DNA of 64,000 nucleotides from a bacterium. Lineage in GTDB: Bacteria > RBG-13-61-14 > DATKZS01. The notes under the pieces are model-generated. The model did not search any database and had not been told where the DNA came from. It saw only the letters and a list, made by a program, of their open reading frames with translations. The position numbers and the translations under genes were made by a program. Positions 28,497-38,151 of the stretch are shown here, in pieces. Numbering within the stretch: position 1 is the first letter of the stretch; each line of letters starts with the position of its first letter. The stretch lies in contig CAXXFL010000001.1 of NCBI GenBank assembly GCA_963674965.2, positions 352,001-416,000 of the forward strand, given 5' to 3'.

Positions 28497-29867
28497 TCAA
28501 GTGACCTCCGCGATGGAGTCGAGGGTGACGCTCATGATCTTGTCCAGCTCTTCGTCGGAAACGCAAAGGGGGGGCATGATAATGACCACGTCGCCGAGGG
28601 GCCTTATAATAAGGCCTTTTTCGCGGGCGGCCAGGATGACTTTCCTTCCCATCATGAGGGACGCGTCGTAAGGGGCGCGGGTCTTTTTATCCTGGACAAG
28701 CTCGATCCCCATCATGAGGCCTGCCCGCCTGGTCTGGCCCACGCTCTCGAGGGCCGAGATTTTCTCGAGCCATGCTCCCGCCGTCCTGGCCCTTTTTCTC
28801 ACGTTATCGACGATCTTGTTTTTCTCGAAAAGATCGAGTGACGCGAGAGACGCGGCGCAGGCGAGCTGGTTGGCGGTGTAGGAATGTCCGTGGAAAAAGG
28901 TGTTCGTGGAATGGGTCTCGCCCCGGAAGGCGTCGAAGACCTTCTCGGTGGCCATGGTGGCGGCGATGGGCAGGTATCCGCCGGACAGGCCCTTGCCCAC
29001 GGCCATAAGGTCCGGCGTTACGCCTTCCCCGTCGCAGGCGAACATGTGGCCGGTCCTGCCGAAGCCCGCGGCCACCTCGTCGGCCACCATCAGGACGTCG
29101 TGCTTGTCGCATAAATCTCTGACGGCCTTCACGTAGCCGCCGGGCTGGGTCACCATGCCGGCGGCCCCCTGCACCACCGGCTCGATCACCACCGCCGCCA
29201 CTCTTTCTTGCTTCTCGGCGAGTATCTCCTCGAGCGCGCCTGTGCAGCCCGAGCCGTTCCGGCATTCCCCGGCTCGATCGGGCAGCGGGCAGCGGTAGCA
29301 ATAGGGCGCGGGCGCGACGGCGGTCCGAAACAGGAGGTCCCGGTAGGTGGCGTGGAAAAGGTCCATTCCGCCCACGCTCACCGAGCCGATGGTGTCGCCA
29401 TGGTAGGCGTTCGAGAGCTTGACGAAAAAGGCGGCCTCATGGCGGGGCGGGTCCACCTGCCGCCAGTACTGGTAGGCCATCTTTATGGCTATCTCCATGG
29501 CCGTGGACCCGTCGTCCGAGAAGAAGACCCTGGTCAGCCCCCTCGGTGAGATATCCACCAGCCTCTCGGCCAGCTCGATCCCGGGGGGATGGCTCTGGCC
29601 CAGGTAGGTCGAGTGGGAAATCCGATCGAGTTGCGCCTTGACCGCGTCGTCGATCTCCTTCCTGCGATGGCCGTGGACGTTGAGCCACAATGAGCTTACG
29701 CCGTCAATATACTTCTTGCCGTCGGCGTCGAAAAGGTATACGCCCTCCCCCGCGACGATGACGGGGAAATCCTCCTTGTCCCACAGGTTGTGCTGGGTAA
29801 AGGGGTGCCATAAGACGGCCCGGTCCCGTTCCCGCCAGGCGGCGGAGCCTTCATTACTCGCGGCCAT
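28497..29867 (-). CDS. bioA: Adenosylmethionine-8-amino-7-oxononanoate aminotransferase
   Basis: WHPFTQ, DGVSSLW, YHGDT, DEVAAGFGRTG, GKGLSGGYLP, FFHGHSY, IRPLG. Confidence 0.96.
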   Translation of the reverse strand: MAASNEGSAAWRERDRAVLWHPFTQHNLWDKEDFPVIVAGEGVYLFDADGKKYIDGVSSLWLNVHGHRRKEIDDAVKAQLDRISHSTYLGQSHPPGIELAERLVDISPRGLTRVFFSDDGSTAMEIAIKMAYQYWRQVDPPRHEAAFFVKLSNAYHGDTIGSVSVGGMDLFHATYRDLLFRTAVAPAPYCYRCPLPDRAGECRNGSGCTGALEEILAEKQERVAAVVIEPVVQGAAGMVTQPGGYVKAVRDLCDKHDVLMVADEVAAGFGRTGHMFACDGEGVTPDLMAVGKGLSGGYLPIAATMATEKVFDAFRGETHSTNTFFHGHSYTANQLACAASLASLDLFEKNKIVDNVRKRARTAGAWLEKISALESVGQTRRAGLMMGIELVQDKKTRAPYDASLMMGRKVILAAREKGLIIRPLGDVVIIMPPLCVSDEELDKIMSVTLDSIAEVT

Positions 29868-31023
29868 TCAATACCTCGCTCAAAGCCTCGATCAGTTCGT
29901 TCACCTGTTTTTCCGTATGAAGGGCGGAGAAGGTCATCCTCAAGCGGGACGACCCCGCGGGCACGGTGGGCGGTCTTATTCCCTGCACGTAAATGCCCTT
30001 CTCGAGCAAGGACTCGCAGGCCCGCATGGTGAGGACCGGGTCGCCGATTATGGCGGGCACGATGGCCGCTCGGGAACCTCCCGTGGGTATGCCCATGACG
30101 TCCATGGCCGACCTGACCCGCTCGGCGCCGGCCAGGGCCTTCTCCCGCCGCCAGGGTTCCTCGCGGACCAGGCGCAGGGCCTCTAGGGCCGTCGCCGCCA
30201 TGAGGGGCGAGGGACCGGTGGTAAAGATGAAGGTCCGGGACCGGTTCACCAGGTAGTCCGTGAGCCGGGCCGATCCGCAAAGGAAGGCCCCCGACCCGCC
30301 CAGGGCCTTGCCCAGGGTACCCATCAAGACGTCAACCTCGCCGCCGCCGACGCCGAAGTACTCGAGTCCTCCCTTGCCTTCCGCGCCCAAAACGCCCGTG
30401 GCGTGGGCGTCGTCCACCACCAGGGCCGCGCCGTGTTTTCTCGAGACCTCGAGAATCTCGGGCAAGGGAGCCAGGTCTCCCTCCATGCTGAAAAGGCTCT
30501 CGGTGACGACTATCTTTCTCGCGTCCTTGCCCACCTTGGCCAGGCGCTTGTCCAGGTGCTCGGGATCGCAGTGGTTGTAGATTTCCGTCCTCGCCCCGGC
30601 CAGGCGGCAACCGTCGATGACCGAGGCGTGGTTGAGAGCGTCGGAAAAAACCACGTCCCCCTTGCCGGCCAGGGTCGGTATTATGCCGAGGTTGGCGTGA
30701 TAGCCGGAGGTGTAGACCAGGGCCGCCTCGGTCCCCTTGAAACGAGCCAACTCCCGCTCGAGGTCGCAAAGCACGCGGAGGTTGCCGGCGATGAGGCGGG
30801 AAGAGCCCGAGCCCGTTCCCCACCGGAGAGCCGCCGCCCGGGCCGCGTTGGCCAGCCTAGGGTCGGAGGCCAGGCCCAGGTAGTCGTTCGAGCAGAAGTT
30901 GACCACCTTTTGGCCGTCCAACTCGATCACCGCCCCCTGCGGGGTCTCCATCTCCCGCAGCTTACGAAGGAGCCCTTGCTCCTCGATCTTCCTTAACTCC
31001 TCATCCAGCCAGTCCAGGCTCAT
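29854..31023 (-). CDS. bioF: 8-amino-7-oxononanoate synthase
   Basis: FCSNDYLGL, NHASVIDG, ESLFSMEGD, DDAH, GTLGKALG, IRPPTVP. Start at ATG 31023 overlaps the bioB stop. Confidence 0.96.
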   Translation of the reverse strand: MSLDWLDEELRKIEEQGLLRKLREMETPQGAVIELDGQKVVNFCSNDYLGLASDPRLANAARAAALRWGTGSGSSRLIAGNLRVLCDLERELARFKGTEAALVYTSGYHANLGIIPTLAGKGDVVFSDALNHASVIDGCRLAGARTEIYNHCDPEHLDKRLAKVGKDARKIVVTESLFSMEGDLAPLPEILEVSRKHGAALVVDDAHATGVLGAEGKGGLEYFGVGGGEVDVLMGTLGKALGGSGAFLCGSARLTDYLVNRSRTFIFTTGPSPLMAATALEALRLVREEPWRREKALAGAERVRSAMDVMGIPTGGSRAAIVPAIIGDPVLTMRACESLLEKGIYVQGIRPPTVPAGSSRLRMTFSALHTEKQVNELIEALSEVLNGRE

Positions 31024-32027
31024 AACGCGCCGGGCTCCATTCCCAGGTCTTCTATCATTTGCAGGTCCTCCTTGGGGTCTCGACCGGAGGTCGTAAGGTA
31101 ATTGCCTATCATCAGGCCGTTGGCCCCGGCCTCGAAGACCAGGGCCTGAAGGTCGCGAAGGTTCACTTCCCTGCCCCCGCAAATGATGATCCTGGCCCTG
31201 GGCGAGACCAGGCGGAGCATGGCTATGGTAAGGAGGGCCTCGAGGGGTACAATACCCGGGGCCTTCTTCGCCATGGGCGTGCCGGGGATGGGGTTAAGGA
31301 AGTTCACCGGTATCGAGGCGACCTCGAGGTCCCTCAGTAAAAGGGCCAGCTCGACGCGCTCCTCGAAGCTCTCTCCAAGGCCGAATATGCCGCCCGAGCA
31401 GGTTTTGATTCCCTTTTCCCCGGCCGCCCGGACCGCCTGAACGTCCTCCTCGTAATCGTGGGTCGTACAGATTTGGGGGAAAAACGACCGGGAGGTCTCG
31501 AGGTTGTGATGATATCGGGAGAGACCAGCGTCGATCCATTTATCGAGCGTCTCGGGGGAGACCATTCCGGGGGAGACGCACGGGTTGATCCCTATTTTCC
31601 TTATGCCCTCGATGGCCCTGGCCACCTGGTCGATCTCGTGGGCGGCGGTAATACCTTTTCCGGAGGTCACGATCGAGAACTCGCTCGCGCCGTTTTCCCG
31701 CGCGCTTTTGGCGGCCTCGATCAATTCCTCGGCCGGGAGGAGTGGATGCGTCTTTACCCCGGTTTTATGGGCGGACGACTGGGCGCAAAAAGCGCAGTCC
31801 TCCGAGCAAAGGCCAGACTTGGCGTTCACGATCGAGCAAAGCATGACCTTGTTGCCGGAAAGGTTTCGCCGCATAAGGGAGGTCAGGGGAAGCAGGGAGA
31901 AGGCGTCGCGGCCCTTAATTTTTCCGAGCGCAAGGGCTACCTCCCGCGCTATTCCGTCCGATCCGGGCACAAGATTGGCGGCCAAGTCGTGAAAGCGGGA
32001 AATAAAGGGGGGTAAAGGAATCACCAT
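31020..32027 (-). CDS. bioB: Biotin synthase
   Basis: NAKSGLCSEDCAFCAQS, YHHNLETS, CSGGIFGLGE, GNYLTT. Confidence 0.96.
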   Translation of the reverse strand: MVIPLPPFISRFHDLAANLVPGSDGIAREVALALGKIKGRDAFSLLPLTSLMRRNLSGNKVMLCSIVNAKSGLCSEDCAFCAQSSAHKTGVKTHPLLPAEELIEAAKSARENGASEFSIVTSGKGITAAHEIDQVARAIEGIRKIGINPCVSPGMVSPETLDKWIDAGLSRYHHNLETSRSFFPQICTTHDYEEDVQAVRAAGEKGIKTCSGGIFGLGESFEERVELALLLRDLEVASIPVNFLNPIPGTPMAKKAPGIVPLEALLTIAMLRLVSPRARIIICGGREVNLRDLQALVFEAGANGLMIGNYLTTSGRDPKEDLQMIEDLGMEPGAL

Positions 32028-32034
32028 CCAGGGT

Positions 32035-32063
32035 ATGTTATTACCCCCAAGCCGATTGGTCAA
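32035..32063 (-). promoter_or_regulatory. Sigma70 promoter of bioB, consistent with a leaderless transcript
   Basis: TTGACC-17 bp-TAACAT, ending 7 nt before ATG 32027. Confidence 0.6.
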
Positions 32064-32159
32064 GGGTAAAGATCGGCATAATGATCAAGTTTGGCCGCCC
32101 GGAGCTGGAATTTTTTTATCGATTGGGAAAATAATTTATCTGGATGAAATTCATAAACG

Positions 32160-32363
32160 ATGAAAGAGAAGAAAATGAGGTCATCCCGGCGATTTTAGGG
32201 GAGAGGGACGAGAGAAGGGAAAAGGGGACGCCAAAGTGGCGTGAAACCGTTCAGGATGACCTCATAGCTAGTGAAAAACTAGAGTTTTTCACTATTTCAA
32301 AGAGCACGGCTTTAAAAGCCGCAAGGTGCATTAAAGCCTGGGACTGGCCTTTCCACAACCTCG
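32160..32363 (-). ncRNA. Candidate sigma54-dependent structured small RNA
   Basis: Downstream of a -24/-12 motif. Perfect IRs at 32269-32294 and 32175-32186/32254-32265, the latter followed by a U-rich tract. No credible ORF. Confidence 0.45.
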
Positions 32364-32374
32364 AAAAATATACT

Positions 32375-32390
32375 AGCAAACCTTGTGCCG
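32375..32390 (-). promoter_or_regulatory. Sigma54 (-24/-12) promoter
   Basis: Minus strand CGGCACAAGGTTTGCT (GG-N10-GC). Two copies of TTTACA-N4-TTGTCA upstream (32476-32491, and inverted at 32546-32561). Confidence 0.6.
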
Positions 32391-32584
32391 GATTGCAAGT
32401 CTCCTGAACTGACTGAATTATAAAAGGTTTCATTTTGGCCCGTCTCTCAATCATTACTTTTTTTCCATAGGAGCATTTACAAAATTTGTCACCTCGACGC
32501 GAGACGGGATAAATCAAAGAATGAAGGAATGGCCTCTTTACGGGATGACAAAAGATGTAAAAAACGTTCAGGCCTTGATCGATA

Positions 32585-33376
32585 TTATCCGCAGCCGTTT
32601 GAAGAGTCCGGTTGCCCATCCACCATCAGCGGCAGGGTAGACCTCATTATCAGGAGTTGAGCCGCGAAATAGGTGACCCATATTACGATAGTGGCGTACT
32701 CCGTGGACGGCCGCAAAAGGTAATAGCCGATGATACCGTCGGAAATCCAGAAAAGGACCCCGCCCAAGGTAACCTTAAAGCCTTTCGCTTTCCAAGATAC
32801 GGACACCCAGGTCGAGACGATCATCATGAGCGTGACCACCAGGGCGTAAAACAGGGAAGTCCATTTAACCGCGGCGGGACCGCCGGCCGGGATGAGGACC
32901 TTCCATAGCCCGGCCGCCAGAAAAGGCCAGAGGACCAGGGAGGCCTTAATGTAAATTACCCGGGACTTGGAAACCCCTTTCGGTCCGGCGCGGAAAAGCC
33001 GGACGTAGACGATTATGTAAAATACGTGGGCCAGGGTGAAGAAAGGCACGGATAATAGCGTCTGCTGAGGCAGTATATAAGTCAGGTCGATAAGCCGGCT
33101 GTTTACGAAGTCGCCCACCCATGAAAAGACCAGGCCGAGAAGGACCAACAGGGCGGGAAGAGACCTGGTGCGGCCTCCGTCCTTCGTGTCCCTTGTCCGA
33201 GCCTCCGAGAGGATCGAAAAAGATATATAAATGGCCAAGGCCATCTGTAAGAGGTGAAAGGCGCGATGGGGAGCATTCCGCCAGGGCCAGTCCGCGAGGA
33301 GGAAAAGAAGCGCCAGGGCCTCACCCGCCGCCAGGGCGATGACGGCGACCATGGTAAGAAGGTTGATTTTTTTCAA
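32585..33376 (-). CDS. YhhN/lysoplasmalogenase-family membrane protein
   Basis: Multi-TM; GLVFSWVGD, FFTLAHVFY, GGVLFWISD, WVTYFAAQ. Confidence 0.8.
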   Translation of the reverse strand: MKKINLLTMVAVIALAAGEALALLFLLADWPWRNAPHRAFHLLQMALAIYISFSILSEARTRDTKDGGRTRSLPALLVLLGLVFSWVGDFVNSRLIDLTYILPQQTLLSVPFFTLAHVFYIIVYVRLFRAGPKGVSKSRVIYIKASLVLWPFLAAGLWKVLIPAGGPAAVKWTSLFYALVVTLMMIVSTWVSVSWKAKGFKVTLGGVLFWISDGIIGYYLLRPSTEYATIVIWVTYFAAQLLIMRSTLPLMVDGQPDSSNGCG

Positions 33377-33523
33377 GGGGGATATTCTCCGAGCCTTCCA
33401 TATTTTTGCCCGCCTGGCCGAGCGCTTACGCCGATTTTCCGTTTTCCCTCGGCCGGCGGCACGAGAACATTATAATTCAGCCCGGTTTTATGTGAAAACC
33501 GGCCCGTGATATAATTTTTTTTC

Positions 33524-36040
33524 ATGGCTGGAAAGGTCAGCGTAAAAATATACCGGGGCATTGGCATAACGTTTATTTTATTTCTCCTGGTCTTCGTGGT
33601 CCTGCTTTTAACCGCGGTTTATATTTATACTCATAAGTCGCAGCCCCAGGCTCGCGGCGAGATCGTGGTCAAGGGGATCGAGCGCCCGGTGGTGATCGTT
33701 CGAGACGGCCGCGATATCCCTCATCTTTACGCCGCCGGCGGGAGGGACCTCTTTTTCGCCGCCGGTTTCGTCCAGGCCCAGGACCGCCTTTTCCAGATGG
33801 ACCTTTACCGCCGGGCCGCCCAGGGCCGCCTGGCCGAGTGGTTCGGACCGTCCGCTCTTCCCTCCGACCGCCTGGCCAGGACCATCGGCTTTTATCGAAT
33901 CGCCGAGAAAAACCTCCTTAACGCCCCGCCCGAGTCTTTGGAGGCTCTCGAGTCCTTCCAAAAAGGAGTCAACGCCCTGGTGACCCGCCGCGGCCGCAAC
34001 CTGCCCATCGAGTACTCACGTTTAAGATCGAGCTTCGAGCCGTGGAAAGAGGAGGACTCCCTGGCCATAGCCGCGTACTTCGCCTGGAAAGAGTCGGCCG
34101 GTTTCCGGTCCGAGCTGGTCAGGCTGGCGGCGCTGGAAAAGCTCGGCGATGAAAAAGGCATGGAACTTTTAAGGGCCGGCGTCCCGGATGAAGGTGGAAT
34201 TCCGCTCGGCGGCGCGGCTTATAAAAGGCCCCCGGAGAGCGTCCTGGCCATCGGCGACCTCAAGGCGCTGCTCGAGGCGGACGCCGCGCTGCGAAGCGCG
34301 GGCCAGCTCGAGGCCTGGCAGGGAATTTCCTCGAGCGCCCTGGCCATCGGCGGTAGCCGGACGGCGGGCGGCTCTCCCATTTTATACATATCTCTCGATT
34401 CCGAGATGACCCTTCCCAACCCGTGGTACGCCATGCACCTGAGCGGGGGCGGCATGAACGCGCTGGGCGTAACCCATCCGGGACTCCCCTATATTATAAA
34501 CGGCCGCTCGGAAAAGACGGCATGGGCGGCCGTCCCGTCACGGGCCGACAACCAGGACGTTTACCTCGAGAAGATAGACCCGGCCACTGGAAGATACGCC
34601 CGGGGCGATAGCTGGGAGGAGTTCTCGGCCGTCGAGGAAAAGATTTTCGCCTATGACCCGGCGCGCAAAGGATTGGAGGGCCATGATTTCAAGTTCCGGG
34701 TTGGAAGGCACGGTCCGGTCTTGAACGACGCCCTGGAGAAGGCGGACGGCGGCGCGCGCTACTTCTTATGCCTGAAATGGACCGGCCGGGAGGCGACGGA
34801 CCCGGTGGGGGCCTTCATCCAGGCGGCTTCCTCCCCGGACAAGGGGTCCTTCCTCTCGGCCTCCCGACGGGAGGGATGCCCGGCGCGGGAATGGATTTTC
34901 GCCGACTCGGAGGGAAATTATGGATGGCAACTCTCGGGGCTCGTGCCCGTCAGGTCCCGGCACGACGGCGCCCTGCCCGTTCCCGGCTGGACGGGAGATT
35001 TCGAGTGGCAGGGCTACGTGCCCTCGACCGAGCTGCCGGGCGCGTTCAACCCCGAGGAGGGGATGGTGGTCCTCGCCAACGGTCCCGTTCGCTGTCCCGG
35101 ACCTTTCGTGTATTCCATCTCCCGAGATTTCGACGAAAGGGGAAGGGAAGACAGACTAAAAGAGCTGCTGGGCGAAGGTCGGGATGAAAAGGAAAAACGC
35201 CCATTGGATATCAAGTCGCTTTCCAAAGCGCTTCGCGACCCGTTGAGTACCAGGGCCTTGAAGACGCTTCCCCTTTTGATGGGCGCCATGGAGGGCCGGA
35301 CCTCGGAGGACGAGACCCTTGACAGGACCTATTTGCAACTCAAGGACTGGAAGGGTGAAATGGAGGTCGACTCGAGCGCGGCCCTTATTTTTTCCAAGAC
35401 CATGGACGGGATGGGCCGGCGACTGTTAGAGGACGACCTCGGTCCCGAGCTATACGAAGTCTTCAGCCGGGAGAGCTTGTCCATCCCCCTTATCGACGGG
35501 ATATTACTCAATAAAATCGAATATTTCATCGACGACAAAAAAACGGATGACATTGAAAGCCCAGATGATATAATACTTTGGGCGCTGGGATCGGCGGTGG
35601 CCGAAATAACGACCGACCATGGCGCCAGAATGAGCACGTGGAAATGGGGCGACGTTCAAGTCCTCGACTTGCGTCATCCTCTCGCCATGACCGGCGAGAT
35701 AAGAAAGGCCGCTGGGATGTTGAGCGTCAACGTGTCTCCTTTTCCTTTGCCTGGGGGTCAAGGCTCGATTTTCGGCGGTTATAACTCGAGTGGTGGGGAT
35801 TACCGGGTTACGTCGGGAACAAATCTTTTTTTCGCGTCCGACCTGGACGTCTCGGAAACCACGCTGACGTCATATCCTGGCGGACAGTCGGGACAGCCTT
35901 TTTCCCCTTATTACGCGGACATGCTTAAGGCATGGCCGGGCGGGGAAGGCCCCGTTCTAATGGACAGGGCAAAGGTGGAGGATTCCATGAGCGGGAGGCT
36001 TAGTTTGCTTCCCCACGAACCGGCTTCGGGAAAAATTTAA
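33524..36040 (+). CDS. Penicillin acylase family (S45 Ntn-hydrolase) protein with divergent active-site region
   Basis: N-terminal TM; RDGRDIPHLYA, GFVQAQDRLFQMD, GRHGPV, ADSEGN, GQSGQPFSPYYAD. Confidence 0.88.
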   Translation: MAGKVSVKIYRGIGITFILFLLVFVVLLLTAVYIYTHKSQPQARGEIVVKGIERPVVIVRDGRDIPHLYAAGGRDLFFAAGFVQAQDRLFQMDLYRRAAQGRLAEWFGPSALPSDRLARTIGFYRIAEKNLLNAPPESLEALESFQKGVNALVTRRGRNLPIEYSRLRSSFEPWKEEDSLAIAAYFAWKESAGFRSELVRLAALEKLGDEKGMELLRAGVPDEGGIPLGGAAYKRPPESVLAIGDLKALLEADAALRSAGQLEAWQGISSSALAIGGSRTAGGSPILYISLDSEMTLPNPWYAMHLSGGGMNALGVTHPGLPYIINGRSEKTAWAAVPSRADNQDVYLEKIDPATGRYARGDSWEEFSAVEEKIFAYDPARKGLEGHDFKFRVGRHGPVLNDALEKADGGARYFLCLKWTGREATDPVGAFIQAASSPDKGSFLSASRREGCPAREWIFADSEGNYGWQLSGLVPVRSRHDGALPVPGWTGDFEWQGYVPSTELPGAFNPEEGMVVLANGPVRCPGPFVYSISRDFDERGREDRLKELLGEGRDEKEKRPLDIKSLSKALRDPLSTRALKTLPLLMGAMEGRTSEDETLDRTYLQLKDWKGEMEVDSSAALIFSKTMDGMGRRLLEDDLGPELYEVFSRESLSIPLIDGILLNKIEYFIDDKKTDDIESPDDIILWALGSAVAEITTDHGARMSTWKWGDVQVLDLRHPLAMTGEIRKAAGMLSVNVSPFPLPGGQGSIFGGYNSSGGDYRVTSGTNLFFASDLDVSETTLTSYPGGQSGQPFSPYYADMLKAWPGGEGPVLMDRAKVEDSMSGRLSLLPHEPASGKI

Positions 36041-36056
36041 TCCAAAGAGAGAATCA

Positions 36057-36959
36057 TTGCTGCTTGATCGTAAAATATGGTCCATTGCCAGCGGCAAGGG
36101 AGGAACGGGCAAGACCGTTATCTCCGCGGGCATAGCCGTTCATCTGGCGGACCTGGGCTTCAAGGTCGCCCTGGTCGACCTTGACCTGGGTTGCGCCAAC
36201 CTTCACACCTGCTTCGGGGTGGAGAGGCCCAAGGCCACGCTTTCGGACTTTATCGAGCGCCGCGCGGAGCACGTGGAGGAAGTGGCGGTGGACACTAACG
36301 TCACGAACCTCAGGCTGATATGCGGCGCCATCGACCCGATCGACGCGGCCCAGATCAAGTACCAGCAGAAAAGAAGAATCATCCGTCAGCTAAATACCCT
36401 CGAGGCCGACCTCGTGATCCTGGATATAGCCACCGGGAGCGGGCTTACCCAGATCGAGCTCTTTTGCGCCTCCGACCTCGGGGCCCTCGTGGTCCTGCCC
36501 GAGCCACCGTCCATCGAGAACGCCTACCGGCTTTTGCGCATGTTCTACTTCCACCAGATTCGGGAAATTCCGGGATGGAAGAAGTTCGAGAAAAGCCTTG
36601 GCGACGACGCGATGGACGACTTTACCTCGCCCGTGAGCTTCCTGAAAAAGGTCGAGGAAAAAGACCCGCGGTGGAGCGACAGAATAAAAAGCCGACTCGA
36701 GACCTTTACCCCCGGTTTCATCGTCAACATGGCCCGCGCCAAGGAGGACAGGGACCTGGGAGCGGACATTAGCCTCGTGTGCAGAAGATACTTCGGCATC
36801 AACGCGCCCTTCCTGGGGGCCGTCGAGTACGACGACTGCGTCTGGCAGGCGGTGAAGCATAAAAAGCCCGTCATGCTCGATTACCCTCACTCGAGACCCA
36901 GCCGCTCGATAAGGCAGATAACGGAGACCCTTCTTTCCTTGTCCAGGAGGCGGACATGA
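36057..36959 (+). CDS. MinD/FlhG-like P-loop ATPase
   Basis: Deviant Walker A SGKGGTGKT, DLDLGCANLH, PEPPSIENAY, IVNM. Confidence 0.9.
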   Translation: MLLDRKIWSIASGKGGTGKTVISAGIAVHLADLGFKVALVDLDLGCANLHTCFGVERPKATLSDFIERRAEHVEEVAVDTNVTNLRLICGAIDPIDAAQIKYQQKRRIIRQLNTLEADLVILDIATGSGLTQIELFCASDLGALVVLPEPPSIENAYRLLRMFYFHQIREIPGWKKFEKSLGDDAMDDFTSPVSFLKKVEEKDPRWSDRIKSRLETFTPGFIVNMARAKEDRDLGADISLVCRRYFGINAPFLGAVEYDDCVWQAVKHKKPVMLDYPHSRPSRSIRQITETLLSLSRRRT

Positions 36960-38110
36960 TTCCCGGCTTCGAGGGACTGACCTATTACCAGATACTGGAC
37001 ATCAGCCCGGGCGTGGACGCCAAGGAAATCCAGGACGGCTACTACAGGATAAGGGAAGCCTTCGGAAAAAACTCCCTGGCCAGCTATTCCCTGTATTCCC
37101 AGGAGGAAAGGGAGCAGATATCACTTCTTCTGGAAGAGGCCTACCACACGCTGATCGATCCCAACGCCAGGCGCGAATACGACCAGATACTTTCCTGGAA
37201 CAGGCAGAAGGAGGAAAGGGCCGAGAGGCTTATGCAGGAACAGCTTCCCTTTGGCGATGATATCTCTCGGGAGAGACAACCCGCTTTGGACTTCGGGGCC
37301 GGCGAGGAGGAGGAAATCGAATCGAGGATGGCCGAGGGAGACGAGGAGGAAGTCGAGACGGACGACGACCTCAAGGAGGGCCCCGAGCCCGCGCACAAGG
37401 AGGACGAAAGAGGACCCCGGCTTCCCCTACTCGAACTCGAGGACGCGAACCTGGATAAAAGCGACGAGCCGGGACGGGAAAAAGAACGGTCTTCCGAAGA
37501 AGCGGAAAACGAGGAACCGAAGAGCCCGGAAGACACGGCGTCGGATGAGGATTTCGACGAGGAACTCGAGGACGTCCAACCTCCCGAGCCGAGGAGTTCC
37601 CTGGAAAGGATCATCATCAGGGAGGGAGCAAAGCAAAGCCGTCCCATTATCAGGCCCCCCGAATATTCCGAGGAGGCGACCTTTAAATACGACTCCATGG
37701 AAAGCGAGGAGTACCCCGAGAAGAGCGGCGACGGCCCTTCCTGCTCTCCCCGGGACAAGGACGAGACGGGGGCCGGCCGCGAGGTCTTCGAGGAAACCAT
37801 CTACGACGTGCCCATGGTTAAAAATCCCGCCTGTCCCCTTGACTATATCGAGATGGGCATACCGGGAAAATTCCTGAAAGAAGCCAGGGAAAAAAGAGGG
37901 TTGACCATAGAGTCCGTATGGGAGACGACCAGGATCAGGCGGCCCATACTAAAGGCCATCGAGACTGAGGACTACGCCAACCTGCCCGCCGACGTCTTTC
38001 TTAAGGGCATGCTCCTTATATACGCCCGGTTTTTACAGATTGAAGGACCGGAGGAAGTGGTTAAAGGTTATATGGCAAGACTCGTGGCCGCGAGGGATTG
38101 GATGGACTGA
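36956..38110 (+). CDS. J-like domain + acidic linker + RodZ-type HTH protein
   Basis: YYQILDI...EAYHTLIDPNARREYD (J-like, no HPD); long Glu/Asp-rich middle; GKFLKEAREKRGLT...TRI...AIETEDY..LP..VF.KG....YA HTH. Start overlaps the ATPase stop. Confidence 0.85.
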   Translation: MIPGFEGLTYYQILDISPGVDAKEIQDGYYRIREAFGKNSLASYSLYSQEEREQISLLLEEAYHTLIDPNARREYDQILSWNRQKEERAERLMQEQLPFGDDISRERQPALDFGAGEEEEIESRMAEGDEEEVETDDDLKEGPEPAHKEDERGPRLPLLELEDANLDKSDEPGREKERSSEEAENEEPKSPEDTASDEDFDEELEDVQPPEPRSSLERIIIREGAKQSRPIIRPPEYSEEATFKYDSMESEEYPEKSGDGPSCSPRDKDETGAGREVFEETIYDVPMVKNPACPLDYIEMGIPGKFLKEAREKRGLTIESVWETTRIRRPILKAIETEDYANLPADVFLKGMLLIYARFLQIEGPEEVVKGYMARLVAARDWMD

Positions 38111-38151
38111 AAGCCTCACCGCTCGACTGAAAACCGGCCGGGAACGCCCGG

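Noticed and set aside
32144-32619. ORFs 32144-32407 (+) and 32251-32619 (-)
   Set aside because: No SD, atypical codon usage and no motifs; the region is better explained by promoter elements and RNA structure.
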